A DNA stretch of 64,000 nt, from assembly GCA_052327205.1 (NCBI GenBank), contig CM126203.1, positions 322,090,001-322,154,000 on the forward strand. The letters are read 5' to 3'. Position 1 is the stretch's first letter. Each line of letters opens with the position of its first letter. Below the pieces are notes generated by a model. The model saw only the letters and a program-made list of their open reading frames with translations, was not told where the DNA came from and did no database searches. A program made the translations under genes and the position numbers. This DNA comes from Somniosus microcephalus (lineage: Eukaryota). Shown here piece by piece: positions 11,862 to 26,577 of the stretch.

Positions 11862-12169
11862 CTGGGAAGGAAAAGAAAAAAAATAATAATATTGAGGATT
11901 TATAGAAACGGGCTGACGTTATCCTCGTCTGCACAATATCGAATCTTGCTTAAAATATCACTTTGTTTTACCTGAGGTTTCGAGTTACTGGACGTGGGGT
12001 CGGGGGGGGGGGGGGAAAATCAGCTGATGGCAATAAATGTGGAGCTGAGCAGTGTTCTAACCGATTAATTACAGAACACGCCTACACTAAAACAAAACCT
12101 GACCAATAAAATTGTGCAATAATTACTTCACGTTCGTTCTCTGTGTATTTTATTTTCATCTTGTATGTA

Positions 12170-13903
12170 TGTAAGAAAAAGAAAGGAATAGGCCATTTGG
12201 TTCCTCGTGCCTGCTCCGCCATTCAATAAGATCATGGCTGATCTTCTAGCTCATCTCCACTTTCCTGCACTATCCCCATATCCCTTGATTCCCTTAATAT
12301 TCAAAAATCTATCGATCTCTGTCTTGAATATAATTAACAATTGAGCCTCCACAGCCTTCTGGGGTAGAGAATTCCAAAGATTCACCACCCTCTGAGTGAA
12401 GAAATTTCTCCTCATCTCAGTCCTAAATGGCCGGCCCCTTATTCTGAGACTGTGACCCCTGGTTCTAGACTCCCCAGCCAGGGGAAACATCCTCCCTGTA
12501 TCTATCCTGTCAAGTCCTGTAAGAATTTTGTATGTTTCAATGAGATCACCTCTCATTCTTCTAAACTCCAGAGAATATAGGCCTAGTCTACTCAATCTCT
12601 CCTCATAGGACAATCCCCCCATCCCAGGAATCAGTCTGGTGAACCTTTGTTGCACTCCCTCTATGGCAACTATATCCTTCCTTAGGTAAGGAGACCAAAA
12701 CTGTACACAATACTCCAGGTGAGGTCTCACTAGGGCCCTATATAATTGTAGTAAGACATCTTTACTCTTATACTCAAATCCTCTTGTAATAAAGACCAAC
12801 ATACCATTTGCTTTTCCAATTGCTTGCTGTGCCTGCATGTTAACTTTCAGTGATTCGTGTACAAGGACACCGAGGTCCCTCTGAACACCAACATTTCCCA
12901 ATCTCTCACCATTTAAAAAATACTCTGCTTTTCTATTTTTCCTACCAAAGTGGATAACTTCACATTTCTCCACAATATATTCCATTTGCCATGTTCTTGC
13001 CCACTCACTTAGCCTGTCTATTTCCCCTTGAAGCCTTTCTGCATCCTCCTCACAACTTACATTCCCACCCAGCTTTGTATCATCAGCAAACTTGAATATA
13101 TTACATTTGGTCCCCTCATCCAAATCATTGACGTAGATTGTGAATAGCTGAGGCCCAAGCACTGATCCTTGCGGTATCCCACTAGTTACAGCCTGCCAAC
13201 CCGAAAATGACCCATTTATTCCTACTCACTGTTTTCTGTTCATTAACCAATCTTCAATCTATGCTAGTATATTACTCCCAATCCCATGAGCCCTAATTTT
13301 GTTTAATAACCTCTTGTGTGGCACCTTATCGAAAGCCTTCTGAAAATCCAAATACACCACATCCACTGGTTCTCCCTTATCTATTCTGCTAGTTACAACC
13401 TCAAAAAACTCTAACAGATTTGTCAAACATGATTTCCCTTTCATAAATCCGTGTTGACTCTGCCCAATCCTATTATTATTTTCTAAGTGCCCTGTTACCA
13501 CGTCCTTAATAATAGATTCTAGCATTTTCCCTACTACTGATGTCAGGCTAACTGGTCTGTGGTTCCCCGTTTTCTCTCTCCCTCCTTTCTTAAATAGTGG
13601 GGTTACATTTGCTAACTTCCAATCTGCAGGAACCGTTCTAGAATCTATGGAATTTTGGAAAATGACAACCAATGTATCCACTATCTCAATAGCCACCTCT
13701 TTCAAATCCATAAGATGTAGGCTATCAGGTCCAGGGGAATTATTGGTTTTCAGTCCCATTAATTTCTCCAGTACTATTTTTTCTAATTTCTTTCAGTTCC
13801 TTATTCTCGCTAGACCCTTGGTTCTCCACTATTTCTGGGAAGTTTTTTGTATCTTCTTCCATGAAGACAGACACAAAGTATTTGTTTAATTTCTCTGCCA
13901 TTT
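12170..13903 (-). mobile_element. 5'-truncated CR1 LINE (RT to 3'UTR) in the ONECUT2 intron, sense to the gene
   Basis: ORF fragments with RPVSLTSVVGK, YLDFQKAFDKVPH, FADD, RTRGHSL..RNFFTQRVV; CR1 3'UTR (gatcagccatgatc..gaatggcggagcagg). Confidence 0.95.
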
Positions 13904-14977
13904 GTGTGCCCTCTGGTACTCTAACCATTATTAATGTGTAAGCATTAACATTGGTCGGCTTTTCCACCATGGGTACACCCTCTTCTTCCCTGATGCCCAT
14001 GTGTATAATTTCCAAGAATCACTGGATAGCTACCGTGAACGGGTAACTTGTCTGCCTCCACCGCCGCCCCACATCTCCGCTAGCTCTGGTAGGGTCCAGT
14101 TAATGTTTTGAACCCAGGGGATACGTGGATCAGATCCTCTAATTTCCAAAAATTTTTTAGATGACCGATCTCTTTGAACAAAAGGTTGACCTTAATTGGG
14201 CTGCAGTATACCAGCTACTGACTGGGTGTCTGCATCACTGGGAAGTCAAGTGGTGTCATGTGAAAACGCTGGCTCCCATCTGCTGGGATTGCACATTCTT
14301 GGATATGGGCCAATAAGATGTACGAAACATACGAAAATGACAGACAGGAAAATACCAGCTGGTCCATCAAGCCTGCTCCACACTCATGATGGCTGGAGCA
14401 TCATGACTCGGCACTTCCTAACCCCGTTGCAGCCAAGTATCCCGAGAGAGGAGGAAGAAAAACCAGAGAGTGTCTTAGATGGGATCCGGAGTCTGATCCG
14501 GATCAGCAGCAGAGGCTTTACAACCTCTTGGGTTTGGAATGGGTAAAATAATTTGGCGTTCCTGTTCCTCTACACCGACTTCTGCCGGGGAGAGTTTGCG
14601 GTAAGGCTTATCTTCTGCTGTGTCCTGGTCGAATGGCACAAATGGGCGCACACTGACGGTGCTTACGGGTGCAGAATGGCGACTTGAACCAAGCAGCCAG
14701 CGCTTATTTAAATATGTTCCAGCATTACGCAACGCTTTCAGAAGAGGAATGGAGAAAGTAGGGGGAAGTGAATTGTTTTGAAGGGTATTTCTGTACCTAT
14801 TCCAATTCACCTTAACAACAATCAGATATAATATAGACTTAATGCACAACAGACCAGACTATCTTTTTTTTATGAAGCTATGAGCAACTGAGATGCCATC
14901 ACCATCTTTTTACAAATACAGTTTCACAGCGCCCTGTGGATCAGCTATTTTCCGGGGTCCGGACACTCCTCGAGGAC

Positions 14978-14994
14978 CTGTCCACGGTGCTGAA
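14978..14994 (-). promoter_or_regulatory. RE1/NRSE (REST binding site) in the ONECUT2 intron
   Basis: Reverse complement TTCAGCACCGTGGACAG matches the canonical TTCAGCACCnnGGACAG core exactly. Confidence 0.75.
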
Positions 14995-15188
14995 CTGACA
15001 GCTGTAATTGGGAGCAATTGTTCGTTTTATCTCTTCCTTTTTTCTGAAATTGTGTTAACAGTACATATATCTTTCCACGCTGTATGTTAAATACCATATC
15101 TGTGAAGCTTCCAGAAAACGTAATTACTATTGATTTTTAATGTTAGAAAAGTAATATTTTATTGCCCCCGCGATGTGTCAAGGGTCTC

Positions 15189-15207
15189 TGGCCAGAAGAT
15201 GGCAGTG
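15189..15207 (+). promoter_or_regulatory. Candidate CTCF site
   Basis: TGGCCAGAAGATGGCAGTG versus consensus TGGCCASYAGRKGGCRS. Confidence 0.5.
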
Positions 15208-16189
15208 TTGTACACGCAATTCTCTGGGACAGCGCTGTGTCCCGCTGCAAGCGAAACTGATCTCAGATAAACTGTAGAATAACTACAAAAGCTTATTCTA
15301 TCACTAATGATTGACAAGCACTATGAATAATCAACCGAGGATCAAGGGGCCGCCTCAGATGTTATCGTCATTACTAATAAACCACGAAGATGGGGAAGGT
15401 AATAACACACAAATCCTTACTGCAGTTTCCCACCGAAACCGCACTTGAAAAATGTAAAAGCAGGACTTGAATGACTAATCGCCATGAATAATATAGATGA
15501 ATATCATAAATACGGTCGAGCGGCCTCTATAAGCATTGACTTCCGTCTAATGTTATCACTTTACCCGAACCTCGACTGAACTGAATTTCAATGAAGAATA
15601 TAAATGCATTGTGCTGCATCAAATTAGGCAATGTTATTTTTTAAGAATATGATTAACTAAAAGAAGAATTGTATCAGTATCCATACATTAGGAATGTCAA
15701 CACTGGTCGGCTAATCAAGATGGTTATCGGCTCTTGGTTATTGATCAACTCCACGAGTAAAGTTCGGCGATGGCGTAACTCCAATTAGTCAATAAGTTAT
15801 TCCGAACATGATCCGATGGCAGTGAGTAAATATTAGAGGTAATTATTATTCAACATGGGCGGGCCTCGAAAATCAGCTACTGCCATCACTGATAGACTAA
15901 ACTGCACTGACAGTAGCAGAAAGCAGGGGCTATCTGTAGGTTATGTGTGCTAGTTAGCAACATTTATCCAACTCGTTAATGAACACAAGTTGTCGCCGTA
16001 TGAATTGCACAAGCTGACTATCGTGGACAGCAGACAGGAACGAATACAATGCCACAGCTCTGTGTCCTCAGTGATTGTGTGTGTGTGTTAGAGAAAACAA
16101 TCTCCTTTATCGGCCATTTTTAAGCTCTCTTCCTCCTCTTCTGAATGCATTGATTCCTGACTTGGGTACAGTGTCATGATATCATTCGC

Positions 16190-16470
16190 CCTCCTGGTAT
16201 CTCAATCTTCATGTTTGAGCCTGCAGATATTCCCCATTGGATGGCATCAGTGCTGTGCTCAATCCTGTCCTTGCCCAGCATCCACACTTCCAGCAAGGGG
16301 CACTGGGTAGTGATGAAGAACGGCAACATTGGCCGAATTTTTTTTTTTCAAACTCAAGGGCACTGAAGTCAACCGTAGCTTCAGTGCTGCGGCCTCAGCC
16401 GAGAAACAGCTAACTCAGCACAGATCCCCGGGATGGAGACTCGGGTCGGCCTGCTCTCTACTGCACACCA
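16190..16470 (-). mobile_element. Old SINE copy (same family as 3415-3722)
   Basis: Shared blocks catccacac..ttccagca and cagctaactcagcacaga. Confidence 0.5.
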
Positions 16471-19400
16471 GGTTAGCCTCGGCAATTAGGTTTAATCTAT
16501 TGGTATGAACACTTTTATTTTATTTTATTTTTAAAGCAGATCCATTGCAGTAGATATTTAAGAGTGGAATTAAAGATGAAATCCTTCCAAAGATCCTTCA
16601 AGCTGGGGTCTGGAGACTATGATTGGAGAAAGTTGTGAAAGATTTCCTAGTGGTGGCGATTTCTGCACTCCCCAATTATCACAATGAATGTAAATTACTG
16701 TCTTGCAAAGGTCAAGCACTGCTGTTCGTAATTTAAACTGTCAAACAGGATTTTGTTTGCGGGTGAAGAAAAATTCACCAAAAAAAATGCAACGGGACGA
16801 GGCGGGGATGGGAAGCGGGGCTTAATTCTGTCGCGGGCTTGCAATATCTTTTCAAAGCTCTCAAAGAGCCTGAGATTTCAAGGCTTTATTTTTTTTTTAA
16901 AACTCAGGACATTTTGGACTTGACCCGGGACAATTCTCTCCGGGAAAACTAATGTCAGGACTGGGCTCTGACCCTTTCGGGGTCCATCCATTAAATTGCT
17001 GATCTCAGTGGCGGCAAACAAGCGTGCCAACAACTTCAATAGCTTGCACTGCCTCACAGAAAGACCCCCAGTGTCACAATAAAGTAGCTGTTGATGGCCG
17101 CTCCTCTAATCCAAAGATCTGAACCCAAACGAAAAATAAAGCCACGCGTATGTAGCCAGTTTCCAAAACAAACTGAACCGTCTGTCATGTCAACAAGCAG
17201 CATGAACACGAATGCTAATAAAAAGATAGCTCGTGTTACGCCATCGAATTAATCAGTTAATCAATCAGTCAGTCGATTAATTATACACTTTAGCTGTCAG
17301 ACACCAGCTCTTCGCGTATCGGGATGAGATTTTACAAGACCTGGTTTTAGTTTTACTCATACTTCCGCGCGAGCGTAATGCTAAATACGACATTAAAAAT
17401 AGTTTGCTGCGTTTTATTTTATTTCTCAGTTGAAACTCTAGTCTTTTCAAGCACAGACACGAACCCCGGCCGGGCACAATGCCCAGCACACATTCGCAGA
17501 GATTGACTATCAGATATTAACTAATATCTAACCTTTGGAAATCAGGTGAGGAGGTCACGTATTATTTCTATGAAATAATTTTGCAATTTTTACAATTGAA
17601 CCCCCTCCCTCCCCCTCCCACCCCAACCCGGAAAGATGCACCGATGTGACAGCGCCTATCATTAGAATGTGATTTAATTCGATGTGAATGACAAAATATG
17701 TTTGCAAATGTCTTTTTAGTCGACCGGAACAAATTAAACACAAATATTTGCAATTGTTGGGCTCCAATTGCTGTTGGAATGTCTGGCGCTTTTAAACATA
17801 TCCTACAGCCATAACAAGGATCTCGTTTATTTTAAAAAAAACAACCACCCTGTTCCCTGCATTATTTGTTTGGAAGGTGTTTGAGTAAAGTTGTCTATAA
17901 GTCAAATTCTGCAACATTTTCACCATTGGTATTATTCCATTACATTTATATTCTGAACTTGTTTATTTACTTTGGCTTTCTGCATATTTTAAACAGTTTC
18001 ACTCAAATTGAGAATCGGTGTTCGGAAACGCAGCATCCTGCTATTGCCATCCTTTATTTCCATCCCTCTATTCCGGATTATATGTTTTTAAATGATTTAT
18101 AATACATGTAACGCAGTTACGCAAATCGCTGAGTACAACTGCAGTAAACCAGTATCAACACACGCCAGTGGCATAACATGCATACCCAGTACGGGTAGCG
18201 AGCACACATTTCTCAGTCAGACTCAACAGTCAAAAAGTCAATCTGATGACGCTGTTTAAACGCTAATTACATCCACTAATGTGGCGATTAATTAATCTTG
18301 CTTCCTAACTAGGCCTAGTGCCTGCACAATCCACCCTGTGCACTAGAATAACAAGACAGTAAAGGGTTTAAAACACGGACGTCATGACTATATATATATA
18401 TAAATATACATATAGAGAGAGAGCAATCTGCATATGCCAGTGTGAAAGCAGTAATTCCTGCAATTTCTCCAACAATTTGCAACCATAGAAACATGTTGCA
18501 AATGAATCAATTAGCCGGCACCATCGCTGAACCTTGCCCTTTGAACTCAGTAGCAGACTAATAAACCCATTAACTCGCACAGTGCTCCTTAAATTGTTTT
18601 TATGTTCTGTTTTTAAAAAACCAAATGCCGTTTATTCACGAAATAGACCAGAGAGACACAATGTTTACTTTAGTGGGATTGTTTGGGTGGACGGTTTAGT
18701 TGGGGGGAAATGTCAGATCTTGAGTCGTTTACGCTTTAACCGTAAACAAAAACAAGGCCCCGTCTATTACACTCGGCCTGACACCTTCCAACAAGCCACA
18801 GCATTTACAAAAAATGATCGCTAGGGATTTTAATTACTAGGCATTTTTTTTTAAATTCACCTTATTTATCTAAAACTGGTGAAGCGGTTGTAGGCTCCTA
18901 TTCAGACGGTGTGGCTGTGCTCAGGCACACTGCTGGAGGAGTGGTAATCCCCGAGCCTGAGATGTGATTGGTGAGAGCATTTTGCTGCAGCCACATCCAG
19001 TCCAGGTTAAACAACGAGATCGCCTCCCATTTTGACATTATTAGTTCGTAAAATTGTTCGAATTCTGTCAGTTTGATGAGGTTCGTTTGTGACAACACCA
19101 CGTCAAAGACCCAAGGAAAATAAAGACTTACAAAATGCGCTGACAATACTGTTGTAATAAAAATAGGATTTGTATGTATAATTAATATGCTAACTTTTAA
19201 AATATTACAAATAACACACGGTACCTGTTATTTTTATCCCGTCCGCCCGCACGTTTTCTTCTAATCCAAAGTGCAAAACACCAATCCTTCAACGTTTAAA
19301 AATCCCACCGGCGAATGAATAGGGTTTCAGTTCGCTACCTGCCCTCGGTCTGTAAGAGCGGCACAGCCGTCGCTTTTTTTTCGTCAGACCACTTGTCCAA

Positions 19401-20519
19401 TTTGTGTCTAGCTCTCTAAGTCTGTCTGTGATATGGCCATATCTGTCTTTCCTCTTCATCTGCATCGGTCCTCTCGCTTTCTGTCTCTATCTATGAGATC
19501 TCTGTAGTTCTCTCCCCTTCTTCGTCTCTTGGTCTTTTCAGTGTATGTATTTGCAAGATATGTTCTGCCTTGCTCGGTTATCTTGTACATTCATTCTAAC
19601 CTGCTATTATAGGAGGGAGGGGGGTTTCAATGTCGTTTTGCTGTTGCATAACTATCTAACCATACGTGAGTTCAGAAGACGAGGGTTGCAAAACCACGCA
19701 TCCCATTAGGATTACAAATGAAAAAATCAATAATGGCTTCTAATTACCTGTGAAGTTAAACAGCGCAGGCTGGGATCATCACAGACGCCCCCGTCCTCTC
19801 TCTCTCTCTCACTCGCTCTTTTTAATGTTCAAGAACTGCATGTATTTGTAATTCGAATCAAACCTCTGTTGGGTTTTCCTACCGATAGGTCAAACTAACT
19901 AGGCAGATACGAAACTTTATGGCCGTCACATTCTTATTTGAATAAGTGGAACAAAAGAAAAAGAAACCAGGACCCTCCGAACCGATGATACCAAATTTAC
20001 ACAAAGCAGTTGTGTTTACATTAAACTCCATTCATCTTGCTTGACTTTAAAGCAACCAGCGTCAAGCGGTATATGGTCATTAATACAAACAGGGTTTTCA
20101 CTGTGTAAGATGACTTTTCCACAATGTTTAAATAGAGAAATAGTAAGTATTAAGTATTTGATCACGTATTCTTCATCCACGTCTTATTGGAACGTATTTC
20201 GTAAACAGAAATCATTAAAACATTATATCTAAATACATCTTTATGTATATATTTCACCTATATTTGATCTAGGCACATAGCTATAGGCGACCTATAAAAT
20301 GTCTGGCATTATAGTAAAGTTTGCGGACATAATTAACAGACGTGAGTGCTCGGTTTTAGCTCTGATATTTCTGCTGACTGCATCGCCGCTTTAAGTTCTA
20401 AATTATTCGCCTGTTAGATTTCCCTCGACTAAAAGTGATGAAGATAAGTTTAAAATGAATACAAGTTAGTAACTAAATGCTGCGTTTCCATTATTCTTTT
20501 ACTAAAATATACGGCAAAT

Positions 20520-20900
20520 AATAGAAATGTGCCTGTCTATTAAATATGTAATATATACAACGTATGCTAGTATGTTACATATAGAATATTAAACTATAAT
20601 GTGCACATACACTATATGTTCCATCATAATGTATGGATGTTAACTAACGGATAGCGCATATATGTGTTTATCCTGCCTGTAATCTGTACTATTCACAGTG
20701 TGCACGATATATGATTGAATAGCCTATGATTTAATGATTATACTATATATACTGTGTATTATATAAATGCTGTATATTATCTATAATGCATATTGATTGC
20801 AACTGACATACACAGTATACGACTCATAATACATGTCTATAATCTACAATGTATATAGAATTAATATAAAGTAAAATAATATAAAGATTATACGTATTAA
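20520..20900. repeat. AT-rich TA/ATAT low-complexity tract
   Basis: Decayed (TA)n/(TATAC) composition. Confidence 0.6.
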
Positions 20901-23900
20901 GAATGCTACAACTTCAGCAGCAAAGCATATTAGGACGGTGCGTATATTGGTGCATTGCCCTATCCTCAAAAACCTTGTGGTAATGACGCCCCTCTGTCAT
21001 TGTCTGCCCTGTGCCTCCTGCTTGTAGAACACTTGTTTTAGGTGTTCTTGTATTTCCCAGCAATAACAAATCGAATGACAATACAGTATTAAAAAGAACA
21101 GCATCCGGGTAAACAGTAAATCTATGCAAGAGCTTCTTTAAACGTGCGGTTTCCTTAAAGGGAAAGGCTGGATCAATGCGATCGATGGCGAAGGTTTTCC
21201 CTATTCCTATATCAAATGAATGTCGTTGCTGATAAAACCTCAAACGGGGAGCTTCACTGGGCCACTTCTCCATTGTTTTTTACTCGGGTTGTGACAAAAT
21301 GAAAATCGATGTCAGCGAGTCACTAACACCACAAATAAAACAAAGGCTTGTTTGCACTGACCCGCGGTCGGAGAGAGCAAAGTTCTTTGTGATAGAGCTC
21401 TTGGAAAGAAGAAGAAAAAAGGAGAACGCGGCGCTCCGTCCAATAACCCAAGGAGGATTGATATTCAGAAACACGTTTCGCTAGCAAATTCGAAATTAAG
21501 AAATAAACAAACGGTAGAAAACAGCAACATTCAGAACGAGCAGGAGCGTGGGGGATAAGAACATTTTTTTTACTTGTATGCGGCATAAATCAACCCTGAA
21601 AAGATTGTCAAATTTGTCAGAATAAACACGAGAGCTGATCCTTATCAAGAAATTCTCAATGTCAAGGATAGAACTGAATTTTACAGGGGGAGCTGCAATA
21701 TCTTAAATCACTTACAGTGCAAAGATTGTGATAGTCACGGCGATGATAAGGGCGTCACTCCACGCTACACTAACAGTATTTATTATGGGATTCTATTGTA
21801 TTGTTTTTTAATATAATTTTTATTTAGGATTATATTTTAATTATATATCCTTAAAAGGACGTTGTGCACAAAGAGAGAGAGAGGCCACCAATTGTGTGTA
21901 AGTCAAGCTGTGGAGTTCTATTAGACCAGAGTTAAGAAACTAATCTTAAACATGAGCAAAATACCGGCACCATGTACATTGCACTCGGCTGTTTTCTCAG
22001 ATTGTGTTACATGTCCTTGTGAGAAGGGAAGATCCCAGGAGAACAATAAATATCGATATACAATTATGTTATTAAAATTTGTATATAATGTATAGCCCAC
22101 ATGTATAACGTTTGACGTCGCTCCGCTCCTCGTACTTAAATAACCCCCAAACACTGCAGCGAAATAATCTTTGTAAAAAAAATCTGCGCCGTATCTGAAC
22201 AGATACATTTTATGTTTGCGAATTGAGCTTTAGTTATATGATTTTAAAATGTATAAATAATTTTCCAAACGTGGTCTCCTTGTACATTTTACTCTTTAAC
22301 ATTTAAATTTTATATATTTTGCAGATTCATCGAGGTTTCCCGAAGAAGATACAATACAATTATTTGTATTTTGTGACAAATTAATATATTTGGTACAGAA
22401 CATGATGGTGTTAAATGTTAGAAAGAATGTCAAACAATTAGAAAGCGCTTTGTACTGAAAGAATGAACACAGCGCCAGCATTTACAGTACTGCCTGGCTA
22501 ACGAAATATGAATCATTCACACAGTTATGTTTAAAATGTTTAAAAAAGAAAATAGCTGCAAATATAATAAATAAGGAACAATGGATTATATTTTCCAAAA
22601 CTTGGGGCTACCGGTGTGGGTGCTATAATTACGATCTGAGCTCAACTAACATACATAGAATCTGTGACGATCAAGTACGGTTAGGTTCGTATTAAGTGGG
22701 TTGCTAAAACAAATACTATTCAAGTCAAAATAATGTCTATTGTAAATGTTGAATCTAACAGCAAAATATTCAATTGCCAGGAGATTGACGATTTCTATTG
22801 TATCTGTGAAAATAATCAGAAAGATGTACTCGAGCCTACGCTGAGATTTCGGCACCAATTTTAAATGGTAATTGCATTCAACAGCACTTGGAAGCTGTAA
22901 CTGTATTCAGTATTATAGGATGATGATGGGAGGGCAGCGTCTGCCCCCTCCCCCTCCCCCGCACTGGAACATAATCTCTTCCTACACTGCCGTTGATTCC
23001 TAATGATACCTATTTCGAGGTCCCTGAAGAGTGTGTGATTAATGCTTAAAGGCAAGAAGTTTTTTTAACTGACGGTCTTTTACATCAGAGACACGTCTGA
23101 ATCTGCATTTAAACAAGGATGTTGGAATGCAGCCGTCACCGTGCTGAAGCGTCGAACGTACGCCGTGCCGGCGAGGTTTACACACGCCAGATACCCAATC
23201 GTTTTGAATTGCAATTTGCTGCGCTAATTGGGTTCCTGTCACTTAACACGCGGTCTCTGGTATGCGTATTAAGTTTTCCACCTAGATAAGTCCATATATA
23301 TATATTAGTATCCCAGACGGAAACAGTAAATAATCATCTTGGCGGTTTTTGTTTGTGGACAATACTGGGGCATTGATTCTAACTTTAATGAATTAATTTG
23401 AGTTAAAGTGGAATACTGTATCTGAGGTCACATGTCAGTATCATTGTCGGCTCTTAATAAGATCAACATAGTCTCGCAAAAGAAAAATAACTTATCAGTA
23501 AGACTCTGATTCAAGGACATTAAAAAAAAATACGTCAATTTCCTGTGTCATTTGTGTGTTACATGTTGACAAACTTACTTTAAGAATGTTTTGGAGGAAC
23601 TCTTTAAACCGTAATCTACCCACATCAGCAAAATGAACAATAACACCGTTACATCTTTGGTCATAATGCAAAAAGGGAAAAAAATCGATAATAAAATATA
23701 GTACTACTGTTAAAAAAAAACACGTGAGCTATCATTGTCATGGGCTGTGAACTAAATGTCTTTAAAATGGTAGCGAGGAGGGAACTCAAACTACCAGGAG
23801 ACAAAGGGAAGATAATGTGGACGACAATGCCGGGAAGACTATGGCAGCTTTACTGGAACAACGTCGGATCAGGTTTCAAATCAATGTCTAACCGGGTCCT

Positions 23901-26560
23901 TAGGTTTATGTTATTGTTGCCAGCATTAATGCCCTTTTAATCTTCTAAAGATTATCCTCATCGATCCACGTCCATATACACAGATTTTTTTATATAGTGA
24001 CATAACCACATTATTTAAATACTGTGATCAAAATAAATGCCACTGTTTCATTTCTTTCCTTCCACTCTCACCACCGCCCCCCCCCCCCCCCCCCGCCCCA
24101 ATATATCTTTCCTTGCCCTCAGTGCTCTCAGGAATCCTCTTCTATTAATGAACAGTAGGAAGGTGTTACTCTCTCACACAAGGGGCTGCCAGAGGCAAAC
24201 ATCAGGTGCGGGAGGGTTTCAATTATTAATTTGCCAATTGCAGCAACAACAACTAACAACTGATCCGAGTGACTGGAAATAAAACTCCGGGATTAACAGA
24301 GACACGCTGGTGTCGGTATGGCAGCGAATTTATTGGTTTTACAGATGGCATTCGGCATTCAGACGCTCTTGCATCTCTAGAAGCGATTCCTTTTTATTTA
24401 TCATTCTATCCAAGTGGGCGTTCTAAATATAAATCATTTATGGAGCCGGCGCGAGAGAGAAAGATACTGGTTGACAAGGCTATCAGCTCCAGCGGCGAAT
24501 GAGTCCCCAGATTTTGCCTGGTTAAAACCGAGGCAAGGGTGACGTTGCAGCAAGCAACCGGTCATGCAGAGATTGCCATTAATAATTCATATCTGCGGCT
24601 TCTGGGCTTCTTTTCAAAGCACTGCCAGTAAGCATATTATATCTTCAGACAAAATAAAGAAAGAGAATCCAGCTACGGCACATTTAAAAAAAAATCTTTT
24701 TAACAAATAAAATGTTTCAAAAATTAGCAATATAGTTCACACCAGAAAACCCACACTGTACTCGCCTCAAGTGGTTGGATGAAATGTTGTTGTCCTTCTG
24801 GTCTTTAAAAAAAAAATCTCCTGGTCTGTATTTAGCTGGAGTTAATAAGGTGTTGTAAGAATATATACCTTCCGAAATCATGCTGTAGCGCGTGCGGTAC
24901 GAATCTCTGAAGTCATTTTCCGCAGCAGTGATGGGGTAATGCACAGGGCCCGCATAATGGGTTGATTTATATAAAACAGATAATTTTTTCAATGTTTACT
25001 TTATTGCCAAGGTTGTTCTTTTTTGTGCATTGTGTTTGTAAATACCAAATCAGCTGGGCAATAAACAGTTTAATTATTCAAATCAGAATTGATCGCCTAC
25101 CTGAGGGATGTGGGGTGAAATTCATTGATAATAGTGCAATCAAATAAAAAATGCATTAAATGCAAACACCAAATTATAACATCATTTTTTTTTTCCTGTC
25201 AGCCTGCTTGTGTGGCTTTGCTTGCGTTTTGAATTTTGTTGAATCAGCAATCATTTACTGTCAGCTTTTACCGAAAATACAGTCATGAACATAATGTTAT
25301 AGATACAGGGACAGACAAACAGACGGATAGACGGGGTGACTATTTCAAGGCCGTTATCAAAATGTCTCTTCCACCTCTTTCAGGTCAGCAGCTCAGCTGA
25401 ATTCAGAAGCTAATGGCTACAAGACGATTCAGATAGGCCTACTCTGATCATCACCTATATCGATTGAATAGATTTAATTCTAGTACGGTTGTACCCGCGA
25501 ACTTGGCAACCTGTGATCTCAAATATTTCAACATGTTTTGTATTTTCTGGCATGGTGACATGATTTAAAATAATTGCATTTTTTTTCATATCTGTTGCAA
25601 CCCCAGAAATGAAAAGCAATCAAATTGCTTATAATTTTAAGAATTTTGATTTCCTAATCAATCTGGAAGTTGTGTGATAAGTGAAAACATAAATGTAGAG
25701 AAAAAAATTAAAGAATGTTAGCGAAATACACGCAGTCGGTTACGACATACACGATGTGCACCGCGTTTTTTGTGGCGCACTGTATAAGGATAGAGTTTCT
25801 CCACTAAATGCAGGGAAAAGCCAAGTTTAATTGAAAGAAGTAATTACAGCAATTACAACACATGGCCGTGGTTTACAACATCGTCCCTGATTTGTTTAAG
25901 CGGATAATGACAGCAGTGATGAAAACATTGTATATAATAAATGGTGCTGATATTTTCACTTAAAGCAAACACAACACAAAGTTTATATTTGCATGTTAAA
26001 ATAAATGCGAAATATCGTACAAACCCGAGCTATATTATTCCTCTAATCTATACTGGTAATTCAATGAAATATAGCCACGTATCACTGATTGCCCCAACGA
26101 GCGAAAAAAAATATTTATCTCCTCCAAATCTACATATTTACGAGCGAGTTCACGTTACGTAGTCAAATAAAGATATCGAATCGAATTAGACATTGTAATA
26201 GATGTTGCTTCCATTGTCCTTTTGAGGTACGAAGGTTAAATGATGGCTCTCGGCGCCGTATGGATTTGAACAGTTACCTATTTGCCAAGGAATGCAAGAG
26301 TATTTTTCCATATATATTGAAATAAAATGCGCTCTCCCAATGTGATCAAATATTACTTTCACTTATTTGTCTTGTAGGGTAGAATTCCATAATCGCGCCT
26401 ACTGGGTATTAAAGAAGATTTAAGAGCAATGCATTGAACAGTCTTTCAAAAATGGCAATGTTAATTACATTATATTAAATAGTCCCCAACTGCAGACAAA
26501 TAAAATTCTATGCGTCCAAACACACACAATAGGGATGAGCTCGGATTTGAGGGACCAACA

Positions 26561-26577
26561 CGGCCGCTAGAGGGCGG
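26561..26577 (+). promoter_or_regulatory. Candidate CTCF site
   Basis: CGGCCGCTAGAGGGCGG, a close match to the CTCF core, ~1 kb inside the ONECUT2 intron. Confidence 0.55.

Noticed and set aside
11862-11934. N-terminal extension of the 121-aa homeodomain ORF (MQTRITS..FFFFSFP)
   Set aside because: Intronic polypyrimidine tract upstream of the acceptor; not coding.
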